This document shows, in pieces, positions 13,132 through 26,314 of a stretch of 64,000 bases of DNA. Within the stretch, counting starts at the first letter, position 1; every line of letters starts with the position of its first letter. A program made the position numbers and the translations under genes. Origin of the DNA: Haliotis cracherodii (taxonomy: Eukaryota); contig NW_027266297.1 of assembly GCF_022045235.1 (NCBI RefSeq), positions 60,016,001 through 60,080,000 on the forward strand, given 5' to 3'. The notes under the pieces are model-generated. The model ran no database searches and was not told the DNA's origin. It was given only the letters and a program-made list of their open reading frames with translations.

Positions 13132-14310
13132 TTAAGGGGTAGAATCTGAACTACTTCTACGAAACGCCCTCGACCCGCGTTTTGCCATGGCTTTTAGATA
13201 GGACTTCATGGGAGACAACTTTTGTGATGACGACGAGGGTTGTTTCCCTTTAGGTGACGAAGGCTGGACAGGAGTTTGAGGATTCTGACCATTTGGTGGT
13301 GACGATCTTGGGATTGATTCATATGTTGAAACATGTAGGTCAGACCACTGGAACTGAGAAGAAGGCGGTGTAGCCAGAAAGACGTCGTTCGCGAGGAAAG
13401 GACTTGAACACAGCACAGGGGACACCAGCTCTCCGATACTGGTCGAAACTGATTCGTTCTCGACAAAGGTGATGATGGGTGGCCGGCATTTGCTATGAAG
13501 ATTTTGAATCATTTCCAGACCTTCTCGGTGTCTTGCCTTCACAAGGTCAACAGATTCAACATAGTCTAGCCCTGTTGATGTTTTCATGACGTGGTCAACT
13601 TCAGATTTATAATGATTTAACACATCCGCAGCTTCGTCCACTGGGTTCTTAGCATGTTTGAGCAGAGCGAGCTGTTGGTCCACAGACGCTTCTAACATGC
13701 TCAGCAAATCCCGTTTTGCATTTAGTACACTTTGAACATGGGATCTCGCCTGGTCTTCGATTCTTTTAACCAACAAGGCCTCCGCACCAGGCAACTCCGA
13801 GGCAACACTCTTGATCAGGTCCACGTTGTCCGACATGTGTTTGTACTTCACGTCAATCTTCTGCTGTCGTCCTGTCATGTCACTCTTCTTCTTTGACGCT
13901 ATGTCTTTCAAGGGACAGAACGAATCGTCTTCACATAACGGATGTCTTTCCTTACGACACACATCACACGTTACGCACTTGCACTTCTTGCAATAGTAGC
14001 TTGCTATCATCTTCGGGTGATGCTTGCACATCAAACTAGCGATGAGATCGGGGATCTGGGTGTTGTTGGGCAACTGATCTGCCCACTTCTCTACCGGGGC
14101 ATCAGGTCTGGGGATGTAGACTGGGTTGCGACACAGAGGGCAGTGGAATCTCTTCTCCCGCTTACAGATCTGGGCCTGGCAGACGACATGTCTGATGATG
14201 CAGACCCGGCAGAAGGAGTGAATGCAGGGGAGTGTCTTGGGGTCCCTGTACACCTCCAGACAGATGCTGCACTCTAGTTCCACCGACACGTCGTCAGTTG
14301 GGTCCATCAT
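13132..14310 (-). CDS. TRIM-family E3 ubiquitin ligase (RING, B-box, coiled coil; TRIM56/TRIM2/3-like N-terminus), 392 aa, single coding exon
   Basis: C3HC4 RING CSICLEVYRDPKTLPCIHSFCRVC...CPLCR, B-box CKHH...YYCKKCKCVTCDVCRKERH, helical region, S/P/K-rich tail. Acceptor TTGTTTCAG lies directly before the ATG at 14310. Confidence 0.93.
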   Translation of the reverse strand: MMDPTDDVSVELECSICLEVYRDPKTLPCIHSFCRVCIIRHVVCQAQICKREKRFHCPLCRNPVYIPRPDAPVEKWADQLPNNTQIPDLIASLMCKHHPKMIASYYCKKCKCVTCDVCRKERHPLCEDDSFCPLKDIASKKKSDMTGRQQKIDVKYKHMSDNVDLIKSVASELPGAEALLVKRIEDQARSHVQSVLNAKRDLLSMLEASVDQQLALLKHAKNPVDEAADVLNHYKSEVDHVMKTSTGLDYVESVDLVKARHREGLEMIQNLHSKCRPPIITFVENESVSTSIGELVSPVLCSSPFLANDVFLATPPSSQFQWSDLHVSTYESIPRSSPPNGQNPQTPVQPSSPKGKQPSSSSQKLSPMKSYLKAMAKRGSRAFRRSSSDSTP

Positions 14311-14533
14311 CTGAAACAAGAGGGTATGCAAAGGTTCTCTGACCAAAAGGGTTATATTTTATACCAATGCCAAGCCTATAACACACAGTAACAAATATGT
14401 GATGCAATATAACACAGCTGCAGACTGATTTAGGAAACTTGTATAACGCACAACTAACATTTGTACAGTTCCAACACCCAAATGACAGGAACCAAATAAT
14501 ACCTTAGTATGACAAAAATATCAATGTCTGATT

Positions 14534-14698
14534 TGAGTGAGTGAGTATGGTTTTACGCCGCTTTTAGCAGTATTCCAGCAATATCACGGCGGGGGACACC
14601 AGAAATGGGCTTCACACATTGTACCCATGTCGGAAATCGAACCCGGGTGCTCGGGGTGACGAGCGAACGCTTTAACCACAAGACTACCCGACCGCCCC
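14534..14698 (-). mobile_element. SINE family A
   Basis: Reverse complement of the 21176 copy. Confidence 0.92.
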
Positions 14699-14704
14699 GA
14701 AAGG

Positions 14705-15600
14705 GTTGTAGTAGCAGTAGTAGGGGTAACAGTAGTACCGGTAGCAGCTGCAGCAGCAGCAACAGCAGTAAAGAAGTGGTACTTGCAGTAATACTGATAG
14801 TAGTAGGAGGAGCACTGATGAAGAGACCATATATCGGTATATGGTCTCTGACTGATAGTAGCAGTAGAAGTATCTGTAGACGGAGCTGTAGTAGGAATAG
14901 AACTGACAGTAGTGATAGTCCTAGGTAGTAGTAGCATCAGCAGCAGTTGTACTCAGTAGTAGTAGTAATTGCAGAAATACTGACAACAGTAGCAGTATTA
15001 GTAGAGGTACCCATAGTAGCAGAAGCAGTAGTAGTACTGATTGTAATAGTAGAAGTAGCTGTAGTAGGAGTAGAACTGATAGTAATAGTAGGTAGTAGCA
15101 GTAATAGGTAGTATTAGTAGTATTAGTAGCGTAGTAGTAGTATTAGTGGAATAGTAGTGTAGTAGTAGTAGTAGTGTAGTAGTAGAAGTAGTAGTAGATG
15201 TTGTAGATGTAATAGTAGTTATAGTAATCGTGGTAAATATAGGGTATATACTACATATGTACATTTCTCCGAACTGTCTATCATCAATTCACCACTCTCC
15301 ATCTATTTATGCATCTATCAGTCCATCCGTGTTGCTCTATCCTTTCATCCGTCTTCCTCTTTTTCTGTCCATCTATCTATCCGTATGCATGTATGTCTTC
15401 TTACACTCAATCCATCAGTCTGTCTATTTATCTCTATATCTATCTGTCCCTCTCTATCTTTGTGCCTATCTATTAGTGGGTCTATCTCGCATCTAGTCCA
15501 TCTACCATCCGTCTATTTATTCATCTATTATATGTCTATCCATCTTTCTGTCTCTACATATGTGCGTCTTTCTGTCTATCCCTCTGCCTAGCTATATGTC
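14705..15600. repeat. Low-complexity (TAG/CAG)n tract followed by a TCTA/TCCA-rich tract
   Basis: Directly visible. Confidence 0.85.
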
Positions 15601-16089
15601 CTTCTTTTCGTCTCCCTAATTATTTACGTGCTTGTCTGTCCGGAAGTCCATGTATCCGTTTATTCCTCTCTATCAGCTACCTGTACCCATCAATTGTATA
15701 TCACTCCGGGTCTGCAGTTCTCTCTTTATTTGTTTATTCTCCAAGATAAACACTCCCATGGCGTCGTGTCTAGCTGTGATCAGCTTCAGTCCTCGTTTCA
15801 CCTGCCAGCATTGTCTGACACGCAGACAGAGAACATCTTAACTACTTGTTCTCTACATGCCCCCAGCTGAGGCCGCGGGCTGTAGGGGACCCAGGCGAGG
15901 CAGCCATCTACAGTACACCTAGCCCCCTCAGTCACAACATTAAATTACAACCTTGTACAATCGCACTGTCCTTACACAAGGAAACGGTTAAAAATTGTGC
16001 CATGGTAGATGATAATGTCTTTGTATGTATATAGATATTTATATACGTCTTTGTCTTGATATATAAAGAAACTTATGTCATTTTATTTA

Positions 16090-18090
16090 ACAGTTTAGGC
16101 TATGTGGCCCATAGTACTGTGTGTTTTACATATATTTATGTCATACATATGGCTGATAGTGCAGTTTGTCTGACATATGTGTGTTTCATACATGTGACCC
16201 AAAGGACGGTCTGTCTGACATTTGTATCTCTCATACAAATGACCCATGGTACAGTTTGTTTAACATGTGTCTCTCATACATGTGGCCCATTGTACAGTTT
16301 ATCTGACATATATCTCTCATACAAATGACCCATTGTCCTTGTGCTGTTTGTATAACATATGTGTTTCTCATATATATGACCGATTTACAGTTTATCTGAC
16401 ATATATATCTGTCATACACATGACCCATTGTCCATGTGCAGTTTGTTTAACATGTGTCTCTCATACATGTGGCCCATTGTTTACAGTTTATCTGACACAT
16501 ATGATTCTCATACATATGACCGATTGTACAGTTTATCTGACATATATATCTGTCATACATATGACCCATTTTCCTTGTGTAGTTTGTATAACATATGTGT
16601 CTCTCTTATATATCAGACCGACTGTACAGTTTATCTGACATATATATCTTTCATACATATGACCCATTGTCCTTGTGCAGTTTGTATAACATATATGTAT
16701 CTCATATATATGACCGATTTACAGTTTATCTGACATATATATCTGTCATACACATGACCCATTGTCCATGTGCAGTTTGTTTAACATGTGTCTCTCGTAC
16801 ATGTGGCCCATTGTACAGTTTATCTGACATATATATCTGTCATACACATGACCCATTGTCCTTGTGCAGTTTGTTTAACATGTGTCTCTCATACATGTGG
16901 CCCATTGTACAGTTTATCTGACATATATATCTGTCATACATATGACCCATTGTCCTTGTGCTGTTTGTATAACATATGTGTTTCTCATATATATGACCGA
17001 TTTACAGTTTATCTTACATATAGATCTGTCATACATATGACCCATTGTCCTTGTGCAGTTTGTATAACATATGTGTCTCTCATATATATGACCGATTGTA
17101 CAGTTTATCTGACATATATGTCTCTCATACATATGACCCATTGTCCATGTGCAGTTTGTATAACATATGTGTCTCTCATATATATGACCGATTGTACAGT
17201 TTATCTGACATATATATCTGTCATACACATGACTCATTGTCCTTGTGCAGTTTGTATAACATATGTGTCTCTCATACAAAGACCCATTGTACAGTTTATC
17301 TGACATATATATCTGTCATACACATGACCCATTGTCCTTGTGCAGTTTGTATAACATATGTGTCTCTCATATATATGACCGATTGTACAGTTTATCTGAC
17401 ATATGTCTCTCATACAAATGACCCATTGTACAGTTTATCTGACGTATATATCTGTCATACACATGACCCATTGTCCTTGTGCAGTTTGTATAACATATGT
17501 GTTTCTCATATATATGACCGATTTACAGTTTATCTGACATATATATCTGTCATACATATGACCCATTGTCCTTGTGCAGTTTGTATAACATATGTGTCTC
17601 TCATATATATGACCGATTGTACAGTTTATCTGACATATGTGTCTCTCATATATATGACCGATTGTACAGTTTATCTGACATATGTCTCTCATACAAATGA
17701 CCCATTGTACAGTTTATCTGACATATATATCTGTCATACACATGACCCATTGTCCTTGTGCAGTTTCCCTGACATATGTGTCTCTCAGAGAGACCCGAAA
17801 CCTTGGATAATTACGTAGTTTTGAAAACAGAAAACCCACCTTTTCTATTAAGCATATACCAGCACTTGGCGATATATGACTCTTCCCTATTTTTGAAAAT
17901 AGAGTCCAGCTTTTTTTATGTAGCATATACTAGCAGTAGCTCATCTATGACTCTATAATCAACAAACAATGTCAATAGTCGTCCTTATCGACCTAACTCA
18001 AGTTTGACATCTTTTAAGAAACCCCATATCTGTCATACACATGGCCCATTGTCAATGTGCAGTTTCCCTGACATATGTGTCTCTTATAGG
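16090..18090. repeat. Complex minisatellite with alternating ~35-50-bp subunits
   Basis: GACCCATTGTCCTTGTGCAGTTTGTATAACATATGTG... alternates with GACCGATTGTACAGTTTATCTGACATATATATCTGTCATACA. Interrupted at 17783-18014. Confidence 0.92.
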
Positions 18091-18901
18091 GCAGTTTGTC
18101 TCCACGTGTCTCTCATATGTACAAGAAAAACTGAACTATGGGCCACGTTACCTGAATACTGCGTAAAATATCTGAAACTGATTTCTCATGCCTTCTACCC
18201 CCTCTCTCAATAGCCCGAGGGTCTATGCTACTCATACACTACTTATATAGATTACCTGAACTGTATTTACTGAATATAGCTTAGACAACGCCTTATGCGT
18301 GGTCCCCTCATAACACATAATCAGATTTATCGACTCATACAATGTCAGGTCATTCCAAATCACGTCTTTGTCAGGACGAATACTTCACCTCCCTCTATGA
18401 ATATAAGTAACACGACTCTTATAACAGGTTATTTACAGTGCGTGTCGCAATATTCACGACCCCGAATATTCCTAGCGAGGTAGCCATAAGTATGTACGTA
18501 TTGTCGATATATATGTCGTGAAGAGGACAATGTTTGTCTTAAAACTAACATTTACTTTACACAAAACAACACCATAGACCCAATAAATACAGGGGTTGAA
18601 AAGGTGTCAAACGTGAGTTAGGTCGATAAGGACGACTATTGACATTGTTTGTTGATTATAGTCATAGATGAGCTACTGCTAGTATATGCTACATAAAAAA
18701 AGCTGGACTCTATTTTCAAAAATAGAGATGAGTCATATATCGCCAAGTGCTGGTATATGCCTCATAGAAAAGGTGGGTTTTCTCTTTTCAAACATAGGGA
18801 AGAGCCATATATGAGCTACTGCTAGTATATGCTTCATAGAAAAGGTGGCTTCTCTGTTGTCAAAACTACGTAATAATCCAAGGTTTCGGGTCTATCTGAG
18901 A
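17783..18901. repeat. Long inverted repeat, arms 17783-18014 and 18600-18901
   Basis: The arms are near-exact reverse complements. The right arm carries an extra internal duplication. Confidence 0.9.
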
Positions 18902-19022
18902 CCATAGACCTATCTATGGTCTCCTATTTATATGTACACGTATTCGTGTTCAACATGTCTCCCTTCTCGTCAGCAGTTTTATCTGAAATCAGGGTTTGAT
19001 AATATACACGAACAATACTCAC

Positions 19023-19170
19023 CACAGCCATCGCACAGCCGATAGCAAATCCGGATTCTTTGTTATGGCGGCGAATCTCTCTGCCCCGAGTTCGGTGCGC
19101 GCTCAGCCTGAAACAGGGTGTGTTCGTGTTGCGAGGCCTCAATACCCGCCGGGCCGTGACGTCAGTACAA
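19023..19170 (-). promoter_or_regulatory. Probable promoter and non-coding first exon of the TRIM gene
   Basis: CpG-rich patch with TGACGTCA at 19157-19164, a GC box at 19145-19150, a YY1-like ATGGCGG, and a minus-strand donor GTG|GTGAGTA at 19022. Confidence 0.55.
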
Positions 19171-20154
19171 GGCCACGGTTGTTAGCCGTCCCAGTCACTC
19201 TCGATACTTGGCGGGTAGGAATCGCTGTATTGAAGTATCCGGTTATTGATCTGTACATCAATTGTGGTGTATGGGCATGGCGGGGTAATTCAACTTCTGT
19301 TGTATGCCTGCATAAAACAACCTATCTTACCCCAATGTGAAGGTCCGCGTTCGTGTGCTGCGCAGAAAATGGGATTGAAATTCAACTGTGTGAGAGTCGT
19401 GTTTTTGTGTACCTGTCAATACATGACCAACTTGAGGTCATACTGAGTTTATGCATAGCTGTTTTTTGTCAGTGCACCGAGTTTATTTTATCCATAGGAC
19501 TATTAATCCTCACAGTTTATATTTGGTTTTATTGATTTAAATAAAACAGTTCTATGAATGTTAAACATTTGAATATCACTTTGATATGTATGTTATCACA
19601 TTCTTATTCATGATGACTGAAGAGGCTTGAATTAATGCTAATTGTATAATTAAAAATGAGTGAGTGAATATGTTTTTAGGCACCATGAATGACCCATCGC
19701 GGTGGTTAAAGAAGATTTGAGTCCCTTAGCACACCCAGGGCCCCATGAAAGTAATCTTATAAAGGCAGAACGAAGTCAGAGAGTTTGTTTCGGGATGGTA
19801 GTTGTTCTATTTCAGGAACTGGACACAGTCAAGGGGAGCGTATCAAGGCTAGGTCACGAATTAGGTCGGTCAACATGGCGACCGTGTATACTCCACCACT
19901 CAGACAAGGAAGTAGGGAGCATCTCAACATCTCAAATGTGGTTAAGTAGACGTGTAAAAGGGTAAGAGATATGTCAGTATTGACGGAGATAACATTCTAT
20001 CAATACAAAAAGCCGTTTATTTACTTATATTTAAATAATGTTGCTAATATATTATTATTTTGACAGTGGCAGTACATACATGTTTCATATGATTTTTATT
20101 AGTGTTTTTTTTCCAGTACATTGTTTTATTTAACTTAAAGATAACATTTAAGAG

Positions 20155-21165
20155 TTTGACCTGTTTACATCACAGTCTTAATACTTCTCCTGTTTACATC
20201 ACATAGTCCCTATATCTCATATTTTAACTGTTTACAGCATGTTCCCTATTTCTCAACTGTTCACATCACATAGTCCCTATATCTCATATCTTAACTGTTC
20301 ACTTCACATAGTCCCTATATTTCAACTGTTCACAATCACATAGTCCCTATATCTCATATCTTAACTGTTTACATCACATAGTCCCTATATCTCAGATGTT
20401 CACCTCACATACTCCCTAGATCTCAACTGTTCACATCACATAGTCCCTATATCTCAGATGTTCACATCACATAGTCCCTAGATCTCAACTGTTCACATGA
20501 CATAGTACCTATATCTCAACTGTTCACATCACATGTCCCCTACATCTCAACTGTTCACATCACATAGTCCCTATATCTCATATCTTAACTGTTTACATCA
20601 CATAGTCCCTATATCTCAACTATTCACATCACATAGTCACTATATCTCAACTGTTCACATCACATAGTCCCTATATCTCAGATGTTCACATCACATAGTC
20701 CCTAGATCTCAACTGTTCACATCACATAGTCCCTATATCTCAACTGTTCACATCACATAGTACCTATATCTCATATCTTAACTGTTTACATCACATAGTC
20801 CCTATATCTCAACTGTTCACATCACATAGTCCCTATATCTCAACTGTTTACATCACATGTCCCCTATATCTCAACTGTTCACATGACATAGTACCTATAC
20901 CCAACTGTTCACATCACATAGTACCTATATCTCAACTGCTTACATCACATGTCCCCTACATCTCAACTGTTCACATCACATAGTCCCTATATCTCATATC
21001 TTAACTGTTTACATCACATAGTCCCTATATCTCAACTGTTCACATCACATAGTCACTATATCTCAACTGTTCACATCACATAGTCCCTATATCTCATATC
21101 TTAACTGTTTACATCACATAGTCCCTACATCTCAATTGTTTACATCACATAGTCCCTACATTTCA
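20155..21165. repeat. 31-bp minisatellite with 39-bp variants
   Basis: Unit CTGTTCACATCACATAGTCCCTATATCTCAA. Confidence 0.95.
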
Positions 21166-21175
21166 AGCATTTAGA

Positions 21176-21345
21176 GGGGCGGTCGGGTAGCCTAGTGGTT
21201 AAAGCGTTCGCTCGTCACGCCGAAGACCCGGGTTCGATTCCCGACATGGGTACAATGTGTGAAGCCCATTTCTGGTGTCCCCCGCCGTGATATTGCTGGA
21301 ATATTGCTAAAAGCGGCGTAAAACCATACTCACTCACTCACTCAC
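21176..21345 (+). mobile_element. SINE family A, near-consensus copy
   Basis: TAGCCTAGTGG A box, GGTTCGATTCC B box, TSD TCAAGCATTYAGA. Confidence 0.95.
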
Positions 21346-22384
21346 TCAAGCATTCAGATCAGATAGTCCCTATATCTCAGTTATCTCATGCTAGTACCAG
21401 TTCTTAATCCCCATTGTATTTTACATTAGCGGACATCCAGGACAAGCCACGCAACTATGTCACTTCTCAGTATTACTGTTGTATATATTTATTACTTAAT
21501 CTGTGTCCGATGACCTTGGATGTATAAGCATTAGTCCAGAGACAAAAATAACAAGGTTCACCCTTAGCATAGCTTGGGTTAGGCCAGGTGCCCATGGCAC
21601 GAACGCAACAACCACTACCACTATGTGCTGACCCTGGCACAAAACACTGCTTGTTCATCTAACTGTACACAGTAAATACATTGTACTTGTATATAACCAA
21701 GCCATCGACACTATGTTGTTACTTCCTACCGACAACCGTACACCGATCGACCCCTTTGCGTGTAGGAATATGCACGTCACGTCAACAACACGTCACGTCA
21801 CGTCACGTCACGTCAACGTTAATTCAAAGTCACGTGTGTGTGCAACCCAAGAATGTTGGTTGAAAATTTCAGTCGAATCCAATACACATACAGTGTAAAT
21901 CACTACACAGAATACAGAATTGTGCAGGTGCGTGTGCGAGTGCGTGTGCGAGAGCGTGTGCGTGTGCGTATGCCAGTGCGTGTGCGAGTGCGTGTGCAGC
22001 TGCGCGTACGTGTGCGTGTGCGAGTGCGTATGCGGAGAGGCGGGGAGGAGGTCTGGGTAGGCATGTTGTGCTTATGTAATCGGTGTTTATTGGTAATTTG
22101 AGGTGAAACTGGACTCACCACATAACAAATCTGACGTTTCATCGGCTTCATTATACCCCAGGCAATCCCCAGCCCCGGGCATACAATATGCCCCAACCTA
22201 TCCCCCGGATGTTTTATTTACCCTTGTATTATGTACGACATTGCTGCCAGCTGTAAGAGTGTCGTAGATTCTACGTCCGCTTCTCCCGGTTGAACCAACC
22301 CGTTCACGTGTGTAGTCCGCTTGCTTCATCTCAACACGTCAACGTGCGTACATCTTCGCATACGTATCTATCTGTTTACATATA

Positions 22385-22940
22385 AACTCGCTGCCTATCT
22401 ACCTGCGTGCATAATTACTCGCTGCCTATCTACCTGCGTGCATAATTACTCTCTGCATATCTATCTGCGTACATAATTACTCGCTGCCTATCTACCTGGG
22501 TACATAATTACTCTCTGCATATCTACCTGGGTACATAATTACTCGGTGCCTATCTATCTGCGTACATAATTACTCGCTGCCTATCTACCTGGGTACATAA
22601 TTACTCGCTGCCTATCTATCTGCGTACATAATTACTCGCTGCCTATCTACCTGGGTACATAATTACTCGCTGCCTATCTACCTGGGTACATAATTACTCG
22701 CTGCCTATCTATCTGCGTACATAATTACTCGCTGCCTATCTATCTGCGTACATAATTACTCGCTGCCTATCTACCTGGGTACATAATTACTCGCTGCATA
22801 TCTACCTGCGAGCATAATTACTCGCTGCATATCTACACCTGGGTACATAATTACTCTCTGCATATCTACCTGGGTACATAATTACTCGCTGCATATCTAC
22901 CTGTGTACATAATTACTCGCTGCATATCTACCTGCGTACA
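22385..22940. repeat. 31-bp minisatellite
   Basis: Unit TACATAATTACTCGCTGCCTATCTACCTGGG. Confidence 0.95.
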
Positions 22941-23247
22941 TATCTGCTTGCTTTCTCATCTATCTGCATATCTATCTACCTGCGTACATATCTTCTTACT
23001 TACATATATATCTGCTTACATACCTACGTACATATATACTACATCATATACCTACATATACCTATCTACTTACTTTCATATCTATCTGCATATCTGTCTT
23101 CCTCTTTACATAAATACCTGCTAACATACCTACCCACTTACATAAATTTCTGCGTGCATACCTACCCACTTACATAAAAACTTGAGTACATACATACCAA
23201 CTTACATAAATACCTGCGTAGATACCTACCCACTTACATAAATACTT

Positions 23248-23537
23248 GGGGGCACGGGTGGCCAAGTCGTCTAAGGCGCCGCGATTCGCTGTGCAGAGTT
23301 GCGTCCCTTGGGCACGTCCCTTGGCCACGTCCCTTGGGCACGCCAGAAACCTATGAATATGGGTTTCTTTCCCGGTTCGCCACGATTATGTTTCTAGGTT
23401 TGTCAGCACCATACCCGTAGTCATGGGTTTCACCGAAGTGGTAAACGTCTGAGAACTGCATCACTTCGGGCTTTCCTCCCACATTAAGCTGATACGCCGC
23501 GATATAACTGGAATAGAGTTAAACCCTACTCACTCAC
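23248..23537 (+). mobile_element. SINE family B inserted in a ~32-bp minisatellite (23105-23665)
   Basis: Head GGGGGCACGGGTGGCCAAGTCGTCTAAGGCGCC, internal triplication of GTCCCTTGGGCAC. Confidence 0.9.
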
Positions 23538-24179
23538 TACATAAATACCTGCATACATACCTGCCCACTTACATAAATACGTGCGTACATACATGTACCT
23601 ACCCACTTACATAAATACCTGCGTACATACCTACCCACTTACATAAATACCTGCGTACACACCTACTTGCGTATATATCTAGCTGTTTACATACCTACGT
23701 ACTTACATACATATAATATCGTATACCTGCTTACATATCTAACTGAGATCCACCTGCGGACATATGTATACTTATATACCTACCTATCTATTTATCTTAC
23801 ATATCGACATATATCTGCCTGCTTAGATATCTAACTGAGATCCACCTGCGGACATATGTATACTTAACTACCTACCTATATATCTATCTTACATATCGAC
23901 ATATATCTGCCTGCTTAATTATCTATCTGTACGCTTATCTGTCTCTTAACCCATCTGCCTTCTTACAGCTCTAAGCACTTACATAATTATTATGTACTGC
24001 TTACATAAATACCTGTCTGGATGTCTATCTGCATACATATGTACCGGTATAATATTTTACCTGCATACATACATGGATACATATCCATCTGCATACAAGT
24101 CTACCAGCATACACATCTATATGATCACACTTTACGTGTCGACGAATCGCTTACATATCTACCTGCTTATACATGCATC

Positions 24180-25235
24180 TTCTGGCTTACTTACCAACTT
24201 ACTGTTCTACATCTATAATGGCTAAATATCTATCTGCTTATAATGTATACCTACACCTGTTGCCTTACTTACCAACTTACTGTTCTACATCTATAATGGC
24301 TAAATATCTATCTGCTTATAATGTATACCTACACCTGTTGCCTTACTTACCAACTTACTGTTCTACATCTATAATTGCTAAATATCTATCTGCTTATAAT
24401 GTATACCTACACCTGCTGCCTTACTTACCAACTTACTGTTCTACATCTATAATTGCTAAATATCTATCTGCTTATAATGTATTCCTACACCTGTTGCTTA
24501 CTTACCAACTTACTGTTCTACATCTATAATTGCTAAATATCTACTGGCTTACAATGTATACCTACACCTGCTGGCTTACTTACCAACTTACTGTTCTACA
24601 TCTATAATTGCTAAATATCTATCTGCTTATAATGTATTCCTACACCTGTTGCTTACTTACCAACTTACTGTTCTACATCTATAATTGCTAAATATCTACT
24701 GGCTTACAATGTATACCTACACCTGCTGGCTTACTTACCAACTTACTGTTCTACATATATAACTGCTAAATATCTACTGGCTTACAATGTATACCTACAC
24801 CTGCTGGCTTACTTACCAACTTACTGTTCTACACATAAAATTGCTAAATATCTACTTGCTTACAATGTATACCTACACCTGTTGCTCAATTACCAACTTA
24901 CTGTTCTACATATATAATGGCTAAACATCTTCCTGCTTACAATGTATACCTACACCTGCTGCCTTGCTTACCAACTTACTGTTCTACATCTATAATTGCT
25001 AAATATCTACTGGCTTACAATGTATACCTACACCTGCTGCCTTACTTACCAACTTACTGTTCTACATCTATAATTGCTAAATATCTACCTGCTTATACCT
25101 ACACCTGTTGCTTACTTACCAACTTACTGTTCTACATCTATAATTGCTAAATATCTACTGGCTTACAATGTATACCTACACCTGTTGCTTAATTACCAAC
25201 TTACTGTCCCACATATATACTTGCTAAATATCTAC
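24180..25235. repeat. ~78-bp minisatellite
   Basis: Unit CTTACTTACCAACTTACTGTTCTACATCTATAATTGCTAAATATCT... Confidence 0.95.
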
Positions 25236-25246
25236 TTGTAGTCTTT

Positions 25247-25394
25247 GGAAGCTGGTTCACCTAGTGGTCAAAGCGTTCGGTCGTCACACCGAAGACCCGT
25301 GTTCGATTCCCCACAGGGGTGACAATGTGTAAAACCCATTTCTTGTGTCCCCCGTCATAAAAATGCTGGAATATTGCTGAATCTATACTCACTC
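25247..25394 (+). mobile_element. Degraded SINE family A
   Basis: Homology to family A. TSD ACTTGTAGTCT. Confidence 0.8.
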
Positions 25395-26209
25395 ACTTGT
25401 AGTCTGTCTGAGGTATTTCACACCTATCTTTGTCCCTCACACATTTCTCACCATTTGAGTACATGCGTCCATTTGATTTTAATGTCTATCCCCTTTTCTC
25501 GTCGTTTCGAGAACCGACAATCTGAAATAAAACGAAATTACGGGATTCAAAGCCCGGAAAGTATTATTTTTTCTTTTGATGAGAATATTGCAAAACATGT
25601 CAATCATCATGCAGTTCAGTTGCCACAGACGCAAATGTCGTCATCCACTGTAAAATGACGTCATAGAATTCTGGAGTGACGTAATATGTGTCGAAGCTTT
25701 TTGACCACACGTATACAGACAGCGCTAAGCAAAATGGTACCGATAACATTTTATGGCCTACACTGTCGTCTCCAAGTGAAATTCTACCCATAATCCATAT
25801 TTCATAAATAGCACGCCTTTTAATATAATTGCAACTCTGCAACAAATAAGTAAGGATAAGAATTTATGGATGAACAACTTCTTTATTACAATTAAGAGCG
25901 TCGTTTCGGTGTAGGTTCTAACACCGTTATCAAGCAAGTACCCCAACTTCTAAATGCCTATCAAAGAAGTTATGCAACAAATAAGTACAGCACAAAAATC
26001 AATTTCGTTTGATCAGCTTGAAAAGAACACAAAACAAGCTTAGTAAGCACATTCAGACTGTATATATTGATACTGTGTACTCAGAGTCGGATGTAGCGTC
26101 GATTGCAATCGCGGAAATGTAGCTTTTAGTGGAGTTCCTGTCAGGAGACCTGGCGGCCGAGACTGGCGAGAGACGTGTGTGAGCTCCTGCTGACACACAT
26201 TCTTGTGTA

Positions 26210-26217
26210 TATATAAA
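26210..26217 (+). promoter_or_regulatory. TATA box of the lipase gene
   Basis: TATATAAA about 50 bp upstream of the signal-peptide ATG. Confidence 0.6.
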
Positions 26218-26265
26218 CATAGGTAGAACCAGCTTGGACACACTAGCTTCTGTAACCAGCAGACA

Positions 26266-26314
26266 ATGGATGCCAACATTCTTCTGGTTTTCGTTTTCGC
26301 GAACGCTGTTCAAG
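26266..26314 (+). CDS. Pancreatic-lipase-family gene exon 1 (signal peptide)
   Basis: MDANILLVFVFANAVQ + G|GTAAGG. Phase 1 matches exon 2. Confidence 0.75.

Noticed and set aside
14311-14346. N-terminal extension of the TRIM ORF
   Set aside because: Starts at a non-ATG codon and covers the polypyrimidine tract and acceptor.
21176-21250. tRNA-like sequences with A and B boxes
   Set aside because: They are heads of multi-copy SINEs with tails and TSDs, not tRNA genes.
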